64,000 nucleotides of DNA from an uncultured Gammaproteobacteria bacterium. GTDB taxonomy: Bacteria > Patescibacteriota > Patescibacteriia > Patescibacteriales > GWC2-42-12. The translations under genes and the position numbers were made by a program. Below are positions 41,576-49,265 of this stretch, piece by piece. Where the stretch lies: positions 174,951-238,950 of the forward strand of contig CAZLKB010000003.1 in the NCBI GenBank assembly GCA_964560005.1, given 5' to 3'. The notes under the pieces are model-generated. The model searched no databases. It worked only from the letters and a program-made list of their open reading frames with translations, and was not told the origin of the DNA. How positions within the stretch are numbered: position 1 is the first letter of the stretch; every line of letters begins with the position of its first letter.

Positions 41576-41728
41576 TTTTTAATTTCCAATTTTATAATTT
41601 TTAAATAAATCTTAATTTTTAATTTTTAAAATAATAACTTTGGCTATTTTACTGTTTGAAAATTAAAAAATTTAATCATTAAAAATTGTTTGAAAATTGA
41701 AAATTAGAAATTGAAAATTCTTGATTTA
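41576..41728. repeat. AT-rich word dyad (AATTTTTAA / TTGAAAATT family)
   Basis: tttaatttccaattttataattttt ... aaaaattgtttgaaaattgaaaattagaaattgaaaatt. Confidence 0.6.
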
Positions 41729-42364
41729 CTATTCCCTTATCACTTTTATATTCTCCATATCTCTTAAATCTATTAATTTAGATGGTTTCGCGTTCGCGCA
41801 TTCTCCCGCGTCAATCGCCAGGTCTGGCAAAACCGTAAAATATTTTTCCAAGCCTCTTACATTATCCAGAGGCGGCTCGCCGGTTTTATTCAAACTGGTG
41901 GAAACGATAGGAAAGCCAGCCTTACTAATCATTTTAATCAAAAATTCACTTTTTGGCAATCTAACGGCCAAACTATTTAAGCCGCGGGTTAATTCTTCAG
42001 GCAAATTTTTCCTGCCTTTAAAAATAACAGTGGTCGGCCCGCTTTTTACCCCCTTAATAAAGGGGGTTAGGGGGATTTTTCGTACTCCCCAAACCTTTTT
42101 TAAATACTCCATCTGTTCCTCGCTAACTTCACAATACTCTTTCAGCATGATAAAATCACTTATTAAAATTATGAATGGCTTTTCATCCCTGCCGCCCTTT
42201 ATCTTTTTTATCTTTTCCACCGCTCGCGCATCGCGCGCGTCGCAGCCCAGACCATAAATCGTATCGGTCGGATAAGCGATCACTAAACCGCGCTTTAAAT
42301 AATCCACGATTATGTCTATTTGTTCTGGAGTTATTTTATTTATGTCTATTTTTATGGTTTGCAT
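41729..42364 (-). CDS. tsaC: L-threonylcarbamoyladenylate synthase (TsaC/YrdC family) with an in-frame repeat insertion
   Basis: VIAYPTDTIYGLGCDA, VSTSLNKTGEPP; the W-GPTTVIF motif is interrupted by 16 extra residues. Confidence 0.9.
   Translation of the reverse strand: MQTIKIDINKITPEQIDIIVDYLKRGLVIAYPTDTIYGLGCDARDARAVEKIKKIKGGRDEKPFIILISDFIMLKEYCEVSEEQMEYLKKVWGVRKIPLTPFIKGVKSGPTTVIFKGRKNLPEELTRGLNSLAVRLPKSEFLIKMISKAGFPIVSTSLNKTGEPPLDNVRGLEKYFTVLPDLAIDAGECANAKPSKLIDLRDMENIKVIRE
42048..42079. repeat. GC-rich CCCCCTTAATAAAGGGGGTTAGGGGGATT element inside tsaC
   Basis: Same family as intergenic copies at 44701-44745, 44812-44842 and 10069-10090. Confidence 0.85.
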
Positions 42365-42372
42365 TTGTCATT

Positions 42373-42398
42373 TATCATTCCCACGAAGGCGGGAATCC
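42373..42398. repeat. TGTCAT-like element (TATCAT variant) overlapping the 3' end of the upstream CDS
   Basis: tatcattcccacgaaggcgggaatcc; its complement encodes GFPPSWE plus the stop codon. Confidence 0.75.
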
Positions 42399-43445
42399 AG
42401 AATTTATTTTTTTTTTCAAAATTTTCACTACCCCATTATCCGCGTCCACTTCCACCAAGTCGCCGTCATGCAAAACCTTAGTGGCAATTTTGGTGCCGAT
42501 GATGCAGGGCTTTTTAAGCTCACGCGCAACAATGGCCGCATGACAGGTAATACCACCTTCATCAGTGACAAAGGCGGCGGCTTTTCTCATTGCTGATATA
42601 AAATCTGGCGTTGTCATTGAACTAACGAGAATTTCACCACTCTTAATTTTAAAAATATCTTTATTCTTTAAAATAATTTTGACAACACCACGTGCTTTCC
42701 CTCTATAAGCAACCTGTCCAGTAAAATGGTCTATTTCTGATAAATTTTGCTCTCCCTCAAGAATAAAATTGAATTTTTTCTCCAGTTTTTTTAAATCATT
42801 GACGGTTATCAACTCATCTCCATTTAAAACTAACGTTTTCTTTTTTCTGACTTTTAGCTGGCTTTTAGTTGGGATTAAATTTTTTCTAATCTCATTTAAA
42901 CTTATAAAACTGGAAAGTTCACCTAGCTCGGGATAAATTTTTCTAAGAGCTGTTTCAATTGAGTGGAAAGCGTCATATTCCACTTTATCTATTTTGCGTC
43001 TTATCCCTATCATAAAATTTCTTTCTGGTTCGCTGTAGCTCATGTCGTTCGGAATAAACAAAGAGGCATAAATCAGCAACCAAAAATCTCCTAGTACCTC
43101 CGTAAAGACTAATAAATCCTTTCTTGTTGGGTGAGGGTTGGCATAAAATTTCTCCAGTACCGGAATCTGACGCAAGTGTTTCTCGGAAAAAATTTTCAAA
43201 AATTTTTGTTTTTCGGCCATCTTATCTTCAAAAATTTTTCGTAATTCTTTATCAAGCGGATTCTCATTTCTGTATGCTTTAGCGAGGCCACCTTCAATTA
43301 AAAAAATGTAGCGCGGGAAAGTCTTAATTTTCTTTCCAAAAAATTCCTTATATCTCCCGCCCCATACTTGGCAGAGAATTAAAGGAAAATCTCTGACAAA
43401 GGCCTTCGGAATAATTATCGGTTTTCTCTTGAACATAATAGTCAA
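42375..43445 (-). CDS. PEP-utilising-enzyme mobile (phosphohistidine swivel) domain protein with an unknown N-terminal domain
   Basis: C-terminus LVSSMTTPDFISAMRKAAAFVTDEGGITCHAAIVARELKKPCIIG matches the swivel domain of PpsA/PPDK-type enzymes. Confidence 0.75.
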   Translation of the reverse strand: MTIMFKRKPIIIPKAFVRDFPLILCQVWGGRYKEFFGKKIKTFPRYIFLIEGGLAKAYRNENPLDKELRKIFEDKMAEKQKFLKIFSEKHLRQIPVLEKFYANPHPTRKDLLVFTEVLGDFWLLIYASLFIPNDMSYSEPERNFMIGIRRKIDKVEYDAFHSIETALRKIYPELGELSSFISLNEIRKNLIPTKSQLKVRKKKTLVLNGDELITVNDLKKLEKKFNFILEGEQNLSEIDHFTGQVAYRGKARGVVKIILKNKDIFKIKSGEILVSSMTTPDFISAMRKAAAFVTDEGGITCHAAIVARELKKPCIIGTKIATKVLHDGDLVEVDADNGVVKILKKKINSGFPPSWE

Positions 43446-43506
43446 TTATCCATAATAGTAACCAAACAAAATTGGAATATGAGACTTTCGTAATTCTTGC
43501 GTCCAC

Positions 43507-44691
43507 CTACCTCCCCTTATTCACGTGCACGACTTTGGCCGGCGGGAAGCCGTTGAAGTAAGTTGAGGAAGCGATGGAGTAGGCGCCGATATTCTCGGCG
43601 TATAAGAGGTCGTGGATTTGCAAGTCAATGGGCAGTTCGTCGGAGGTGGAAATAGTGTCAAAAGCATCGCAGGTTGGGCCGAAAGTGGAGCAAACCTTAG
43701 TCTCGCCGTCTTTAAAAGCGTGGAGCGGATTAAATTGATGGTCGAAAACCTGGCCGGAAAAAGTATGATAAACGCCGTCATTCAGGTAATAGCAGGTTTT
43801 GCCGTCGCGAATGGCCTTGCCCACGATTTTTGTTACCACCACGCAGGCGGTCGCTACCATAAACCGGCCAGGTTCGGCAATAATCTGGACATTGTCATTT
43901 TTGAATAAACGCTTAAATTCCGAATTCAGCTTTTTAGCCAAGCTGGCGAACGATTGCACCTCGACCGTGTACTGCGCCGGAAAACCGCCGCCGATGTCCA
44001 AAACTTTTTTCCTCTTGCCTTCTTTATCTATAAAACCGATCGGATATTTTCTTAAATCCGCTTCTTTAAAAATTGACGAAGCTAAAGTTAAGGATTGGAC
44101 ATAGTTGTCAAAATTACAGCATTGGCTACCCACGTGAAAACTGATACCTTCCACGCCCAGCCCGTAACTTATGGCTTCGGCGATTAAATCCACGGCTTCG
44201 CCCGGATGAGCGCCGAACTTTGACGACAGTTCTACCACCGAGCCGGTATTGGGCACGCGGATGCGCAAGACTAAACCGGCGTCCGGCGCGTGTTCTTTTA
44301 TTTTTTTCAGTTCTTCGGAATTATCAAAAGTAACCAAAGGTTTATATGGATTCAATTCTTTCAACGTTTCCACCGGCTTAATGGTATTGGCGTAAATTAT
44401 TTTGTCCCAGATAAAATCCTGCCGCTCTTTAGCCGGTAAATTCTTAATATTTTCGTGCACGGTCATAAACTCGGGAAAAGACGCCACGTCGAAGCTCGCA
44501 CCCATATCATACATGGTTTTTACGATTTCCGGATTGGAATTGGCCTTGATGGCGAAATAAATTTGCACATCCGGCAATCTTTTTTTGAACTCGCGGTAAT
44601 TTTCCCTGATTTTATCATGGTCAATAATGAATATCGGCGTGCCATGCTTGGCCGCCAAGTTCTGCAATAATTTTTTTTGTTCTTGGTTCAT
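43507..44691 (-). CDS. PLP-dependent ornithine/diaminopimelate-type decarboxylase (alanine-racemase fold), likely ornithine decarboxylase
   Basis: YFAIKANSNPEIV (PLP-Lys), DIGGGFP, GPTCDAFD, EPGRFMVA motifs. Confidence 0.86.
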   Translation of the reverse strand: MNQEQKKLLQNLAAKHGTPIFIIDHDKIRENYREFKKRLPDVQIYFAIKANSNPEIVKTMYDMGASFDVASFPEFMTVHENIKNLPAKERQDFIWDKIIYANTIKPVETLKELNPYKPLVTFDNSEELKKIKEHAPDAGLVLRIRVPNTGSVVELSSKFGAHPGEAVDLIAEAISYGLGVEGISFHVGSQCCNFDNYVQSLTLASSIFKEADLRKYPIGFIDKEGKRKKVLDIGGGFPAQYTVEVQSFASLAKKLNSEFKRLFKNDNVQIIAEPGRFMVATACVVVTKIVGKAIRDGKTCYYLNDGVYHTFSGQVFDHQFNPLHAFKDGETKVCSTFGPTCDAFDTISTSDELPIDLQIHDLLYAENIGAYSIASSTYFNGFPPAKVVHVNKGR

Positions 44692-44700
44692 ATTATTTTT

Positions 44701-44842
44701 GCCCCTTTTAACAAAGGGGGTTAGGGGGATTTAAACCCTCCTTCTAAAGGAGGGTTAGGGAGGTTTCCGCCGGAGGCGGATCCGCCTTTGGCGGAAAATT
44801 AACATTGATTAACCCCCTTAATCCCCCTTTATAAGGGGGACG
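44701..44842. repeat. Array of GC-rich mini-hairpin repeats
   Basis: cccctttaacaaaggggg, ccctccttctaaaggaggg, tccgccggaggcgga, atccgcctttggcgga and cccccttaatccccctttataaggggga in one spacer. Confidence 0.85.
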
Positions 44843-44851
44843 GTAATACTT

Positions 44852-46300
44852 TTAATCTATAAACAAAAAGCTCTCAAATTGCCAAGGATCGGGGTTAGGC
44901 TTAGCGGCCGGATTTTCTTTAAAATAAACTACGCGATTTTTCAGCGGAGTCCAGTCGGAGCGAGTAGAAATAAAATTACCTAAATAAGGTTTAGCAATGT
45001 CTAAAACAAAATCATGGGGCAGGTCATCGGGCAGATTCAGCCCTTTTCTCGGATTTTCCAGCATCCATAAAATCGCCGCTATGACGCCGGCCGCTACCTG
45101 TAAAGTGGTGGCGTTTTGGCCCGGCACCAATTCCCTAGTCTGGTCAATGGATAGGGCGCTCCCCGTCCACCAGCTCTTATAAGCATGCCCCATTATTAAA
45201 GCACCCAAAGTATCGGTGCCGGTAGTGATTTCGTCCTGTAAAATTCTTAATTTGGGCGGTAAAACATAATTCAAGCCCCTTAATTCGCAAAGCGAGGACA
45301 AAGTTTCATGACAAGGCATGTAAGCGTAATGCACGGTCGGCCGATAAACGGCCTTTCCAGCCTCCCAGACAGTAAGCCGGTCAGAGATGCCAAAGGCTTC
45401 GCCATGGCGAATTACCATGCCCACGATTTCTTCGTTCGGTATCCAGCTCCTTACCCAGGTGTTAATTCCCATCTGCGCCAAAAAAATCTGATTTTTCGGC
45501 CCATAAGACGGCAGATGCGCTAAAGCCGGCAAGGTTTTCTCGTGCGTACCCCAGCCCATTTCAGCCGGCGCAGTGCCTTCTTCCCTTAAACCTTCAATAC
45601 TCCAAGTGCCCACGAATTCGTTAACTTCTTTCGGCCGATTGGTAATCTGCGTGTCCCGCTCGCTGCAGTGGATTACTTTAACGCCTAATTTCTCCGCCAG
45701 CCTGGGGAAGTCTCTTTTTTTTATGTAATCATATAATTCTTCTTCCTCCGCCTGACTGACTTTTTTTTCTTTAATTAAGCTTACGGCGATATCAATCAAC
45801 CCTTGCTTGACAAAATGTGAAATCAGACCCGGGTTAGCGCCATGGTCTACCACTGCCGTGGGTGCGTCATGCCAATTTTTCGACATTTCCCGAAGCTTCA
45901 TCTGCCTAAAGTAAAGCGATTTTTCAAAAGGAGTCTCTTTAAAAACTCCGCCCAAAGAATCCCAAACCTCAACCGAAGCGTTAACATATAAAACATTATG
46001 GTCGTGGCACCAGCCGATAATGTCATCGGCGCCGATATTCCAAGCCAAATCCACGACCAGCCCGCCGTCGTCAACATATTTAGCCAGAGTTTTACCTAAA
46101 TCTTCTTTGGTAATCCTCTCTAAAGCAAAGTTCAAGCCATTATCCGTGTACTTTTTTAAAGCTCTGGTCTTGTCTTCAAAATCAATAATCGTAATATTTT
46201 TTAGCGGCGCTTCAATTTTTTCTAAAAAGATCGGCAAGGTGCATTGTGCCACCGCGCCATAGCCGATGATAAGAATTTTTTCTGAGAATTGTTTTTTCAT
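44852..46300 (-). CDS. hss: Homospermidine synthase
   Basis: Collinear by eye with bacterial HSS: IIGYGAVAQCTLP, HGANPGLISHFVKQ, ERDTQ, YRPTVHYAY, GQNATTLQVAAGV, DPWQF; start at Met12. Confidence 0.9.
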   Translation of the reverse strand: MKKQFSEKILIIGYGAVAQCTLPIFLEKIEAPLKNITIIDFEDKTRALKKYTDNGLNFALERITKEDLGKTLAKYVDDGGLVVDLAWNIGADDIIGWCHDHNVLYVNASVEVWDSLGGVFKETPFEKSLYFRQMKLREMSKNWHDAPTAVVDHGANPGLISHFVKQGLIDIAVSLIKEKKVSQAEEEELYDYIKKRDFPRLAEKLGVKVIHCSERDTQITNRPKEVNEFVGTWSIEGLREEGTAPAEMGWGTHEKTLPALAHLPSYGPKNQIFLAQMGINTWVRSWIPNEEIVGMVIRHGEAFGISDRLTVWEAGKAVYRPTVHYAYMPCHETLSSLCELRGLNYVLPPKLRILQDEITTGTDTLGALIMGHAYKSWWTGSALSIDQTRELVPGQNATTLQVAAGVIAAILWMLENPRKGLNLPDDLPHDFVLDIAKPYLGNFISTRSDWTPLKNRVVYFKENPAAKPNPDPWQFESFLFID

Positions 46301-46432
46301 AAATTTAAAATTTAAAATAAAGTATTTACTCATGCCTTTAATTAAATTATAGCTTGTATTAATAAAAAAGCAAGCAGAAAATCAAATTTTCTACTCTAAA
46401 ATAACCGAAAAAAATGTTTGTGAAAAAAGCTA

Positions 46433-46461
46433 TGGACATTTTCTGATATTAGTGCTATGAT
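46433..46461 (+). promoter_or_regulatory. Candidate promoter of the 46.5-47.7 kb cassette
   Basis: TGGACA - 17 nt - TATGAT. Confidence 0.45.
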
Positions 46462-46494
46462 TTTTGATTATTTTGTTCATTGAGAATTCAGCGC

Positions 46495-46547
46495 TAAATG
46501 CCGAATTAAGAGCCATAAAAATGCTTGTGCTTTTAATTCGGCATTTA
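46495..46547 (+). promoter_or_regulatory. Leader hairpin with perfect 15-bp arms
   Basis: taaatgccgaattaa - 23 nt - ttaattcggcattta; no T-run after it; 32 nt before the ATG. Confidence 0.6.
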
Positions 46548-46579
46548 CAAAAAAACAACGCAAACACAAAAATAAAAAA

Positions 46580-47089
46580 ATGAGTAAAAAAACTGTTGAT
46601 TTCGTGACGCATGCAGAAAATTACCCAGGGTCAAATCCGAGCCTGACGGCGACCGGGTGCCTGGATGTACGAAAGATAAAAGAGTTAGTCTTAAGTCCGA
46701 CGCATGTATACTGCGGCACGGGCAGGCGCCACGAAGAAACCCGCAGAGAACTCGGCCTTGAACTTGTGCCGACAACCTGGACCCCGGCGATTGGCGGGGC
46801 GGAATCTTCAGCCGTTGTAGATGACCAGGAATTAGTCATATTGGCTGACGGCACGCCTATTCCGCGCAAGAACTACAAGCCAACGATTGACTTCGTGACT
46901 TCAATGCTGGTTTTGCTGGATCAGGCGCCCAATCACTCCGTCATAATTTCCGGACGGCACAACTTAATGATGCTCGGGGTAACAGACCCCCGGCCGGCAA
47001 CCGTGTATCGCATCAGCTTTAAGGGCAAACCTACAATACATAATGTGAAAATCCAGGAGGTCAAAAAAACCGTCGATAAAGGAACTTAA
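46580..47089 (+). CDS. Histidine-phosphatase-superfamily protein, SixA-like, with RHG changed to THA
   Basis: VDFVTHAEN...LTATGC...VYCGTGRRHEET...VIISGRHNLMML parallels the SixA/PGAM-fold order RHG...LTxxG...SPxxRAxQT...SH. Confidence 0.55.
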   Translation: MSKKTVDFVTHAENYPGSNPSLTATGCLDVRKIKELVLSPTHVYCGTGRRHEETRRELGLELVPTTWTPAIGGAESSAVVDDQELVILADGTPIPRKNYKPTIDFVTSMLVLLDQAPNHSVIISGRHNLMMLGVTDPRPATVYRISFKGKPTIHNVKIQEVKKTVDKGT

Positions 47090-47133
47090 GCTGCCTATTC
47101 TTAAAAAAAACAAAAACAAACCAAAACAAAACA

Positions 47134-47616
47134 ATGAAAAAATTAATAATACGGCGATCCGGTAGCGGGCATAATCCGAATAGCATCAGCCGCGATGAGA
47201 TGGTGCAGGCATCACGCCAAGGCATGATGATGCTACACGCCTTGCATCCTAAGATTGTTTTTTATGAACTAACGATCAACGCTGTCCTAACCGCTTTTGC
47301 ATTCTGCGCGGGCATGAGTACATTCCCAGCCCTTACGCAGGGCATCAATATGGATCCACTGCATCGTAGCTCGGCTGACGAATCGCTTGGCTTTTGCCGC
47401 GATACGGTTGAGTCCATCTTCAATCAAATTAAGGACGGTGAAACGGGAATGGCGTTTTTAAGCGACCTGTTCGTTTCACTGGCGATTCACGCTTTCAGCG
47501 ATACCCGCATTAATGAAGAAATAGAGGGAATAGTTTTGTACCAAGACGACGGCGAAATCCGGGTCACCGGAAAAATTCCAGCCAAAAAACGAAAAACGGC
47601 CCTAGAGCCGGCTTAA
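47134..47616 (+). CDS. Hypothetical 160-aa protein (possibly a degenerate paralogue of the preceding gene)
   Basis: LIIRRSGSGHNPN near the N-terminus and LAIHAFSD late in the protein loosely echo the same fold order; weak. Confidence 0.45.
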   Translation: MKKLIIRRSGSGHNPNSISRDEMVQASRQGMMMLHALHPKIVFYELTINAVLTAFAFCAGMSTFPALTQGINMDPLHRSSADESLGFCRDTVESIFNQIKDGETGMAFLSDLFVSLAIHAFSDTRINEEIEGIVLYQDDGEIRVTGKIPAKKRKTALEPA

Positions 47617-47621
47617 CCAAC

Positions 47622-47687
47622 AGCGAGGTCGCGGAAGTCAAGACGCATAACTATGCGCTTCTACTTCCGCCCTCGCTCTTTTTTTAT
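47622..47687 (+). terminator. Long-stem terminator of the cassette
   Basis: agcgaggtcgcggaagt ... acttccgccctcgct followed by a T-run. Confidence 0.8.
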
Positions 47688-47718
47688 TAAATTTTAGAGT
47701 AAAAAAATAGTTAATTTT

Positions 47719-48657
47719 CTACAACGTCGTAATCGGCCTACTTTGCGTAATATAAAATTTATTTTTCACCAAGGCCCATTCAATATCCTGCGGCTTCTTA
47801 TAATGAAGTTCTATATTTTTACAAATTTTCGCCAGCTCCACGATTTGCTTGCCGGTTAATTTCTGCTTGCCGCCCTGCTTAACCGACAGCTTTTTATGTA
47901 CATTACCACTCTTGACACCATGCGTTATCATCATGCTTTGCTCCGACACATTGATATCTAAAATGGAAAAATCGTTTTTATGGATAACATAAGTATCCGG
48001 CGTGATCTGGCCAGAAACGATAGCCTCGCCTAACCCGAGTCCTGCTTCTATCACCATTTGATTATAATCCTTGGTTACCGGATGAACGGTGAAGCAAATG
48101 CCGGACACTTCGGACTGCACCATGGTCTGAACGACTACGGCCACGGACACTGACTTCTTGTTCATTTTTTGTTCAAAGCGATAGAAAATCGCCCGCGGCG
48201 TAAATAAAGACGACCAGCAAAGCTGGACATTTTTTAAAACTTGTTTTTCGGTAGTATTTAAATAGGTTTCCAGTTGCCCGGCCCAAGCCGCGGCGGAACT
48301 ATCTTCCGCGGTGGCCGACGATCGCACAGCCACATATTTGGCTTTTAACTTTTTAAAATTGTCCATTACTTCCGCGGCAATATCTTTCGGCATCTTGGCT
48401 TTTAAAATCATGGCGCGAATTTCATTTGACGACCGATCCACGGAATTTATGTCCTGATGATTGACTTTTTTTAAAGTCGCTTCAATTTCCATATCCAAAT
48501 CGGTTTCTTCTAAAAATCTATCAAAAGCCGAAGCTAAAACCACAAAACCGGGCGGCACCGGTATACCCGCCTTTGTCATTTCGCCTAAAGAAGCGCCCTT
48601 GCCGCCGGCTATTCGCACATCTTTTTTCGTTAGTTGTTTAAAGGTTTTGGTGAACAT
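47719..48657 (-). CDS. PEP/pyruvate-binding (ATP-grasp) N-terminal domain protein of the PpsA/PPDK family
   Basis: AGGKGASLGEM, VAVRSSATAEDS, PQDIEWAL...QSRPIT as in the PpsA N-terminal domain; ends after this domain. Confidence 0.85.
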   Translation of the reverse strand: MFTKTFKQLTKKDVRIAGGKGASLGEMTKAGIPVPPGFVVLASAFDRFLEETDLDMEIEATLKKVNHQDINSVDRSSNEIRAMILKAKMPKDIAAEVMDNFKKLKAKYVAVRSSATAEDSSAAAWAGQLETYLNTTEKQVLKNVQLCWSSLFTPRAIFYRFEQKMNKKSVSVAVVVQTMVQSEVSGICFTVHPVTKDYNQMVIEAGLGLGEAIVSGQITPDTYVIHKNDFSILDINVSEQSMMITHGVKSGNVHKKLSVKQGGKQKLTGKQIVELAKICKNIELHYKKPQDIEWALVKNKFYITQSRPITTL

Positions 48658-48675
48658 ACTATTTTTATTTTTAAT

Positions 48676-49176
48676 TTATACCATCCCCTTGAATTTTCCC
48701 ATTAATTGCGGTATAAGCGGCAGAATAACTTTGGTAAAATTAATCAAAAACGGCGCCACTTGCGAGTTATTTAGCCAGCCCGAAAATGAAGATTGTGAAA
48801 TGTAAAGTAAAATCAAACCTAAAACCAAGCCGCCCTCAATAAAGCCCAGAGCCACGCCGGCCAGTCGATTAATTGTTTTTAAAAAAGGAATCACTGATAA
48901 AAGGTCAAAGGTTCGGTCTAAAATGGCGAAAACAAAGCCAATCAGCCGATTGACCAGGGTAAAGAGAATAATAAAAGTAATGATTTTCCCGGCCACCTCA
49001 TGGCCAAAAAATAAATATTTTGCCCATTCAAAAACCGTCGGATAAAAAATAAAGGCCAGCCATAGCCCCAGCACCATGCCGAGGAGCGAGCCGATCGTCC
49101 TGATCAGCCCGAAAAACAGGCCATAAAAAATAAAACCGGCAAGAATCAGTAATAGAATAACATCAAAGATGGGCAT
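48676..49176 (-). CDS. cvpA: CvpA-family membrane protein
   Basis: MPIFDVILLLILAGFIFYG start and 4-TM layout; start moved to Met13 because earlier codons are a TGTCAT element. Confidence 0.78.
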   Translation of the reverse strand: MPIFDVILLLILAGFIFYGLFFGLIRTIGSLLGMVLGLWLAFIFYPTVFEWAKYLFFGHEVAGKIITFIILFTLVNRLIGFVFAILDRTFDLLSVIPFLKTINRLAGVALGFIEGGLVLGLILLYISQSSFSGWLNNSQVAPFLINFTKVILPLIPQLMGKFKGMV

Positions 49177-49187
49177 AGACTTGGTAT

Positions 49188-49257
49188 TGTCATTGCGGCC
49201 TCCGAGCCGCAATCTTCTCTGTCAATTCATAGATCCCGGGTCAAGCCCGGGATGACA
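49188..49257. repeat. Composite TGTCAT...ATGACA inverted pair
   Basis: tgtcattgcggcctccgagccgcaatc ... gatcccgggtcaagcccgggatgaca. Confidence 0.85.
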
Positions 49258-49265
49258 ACCTAAAA

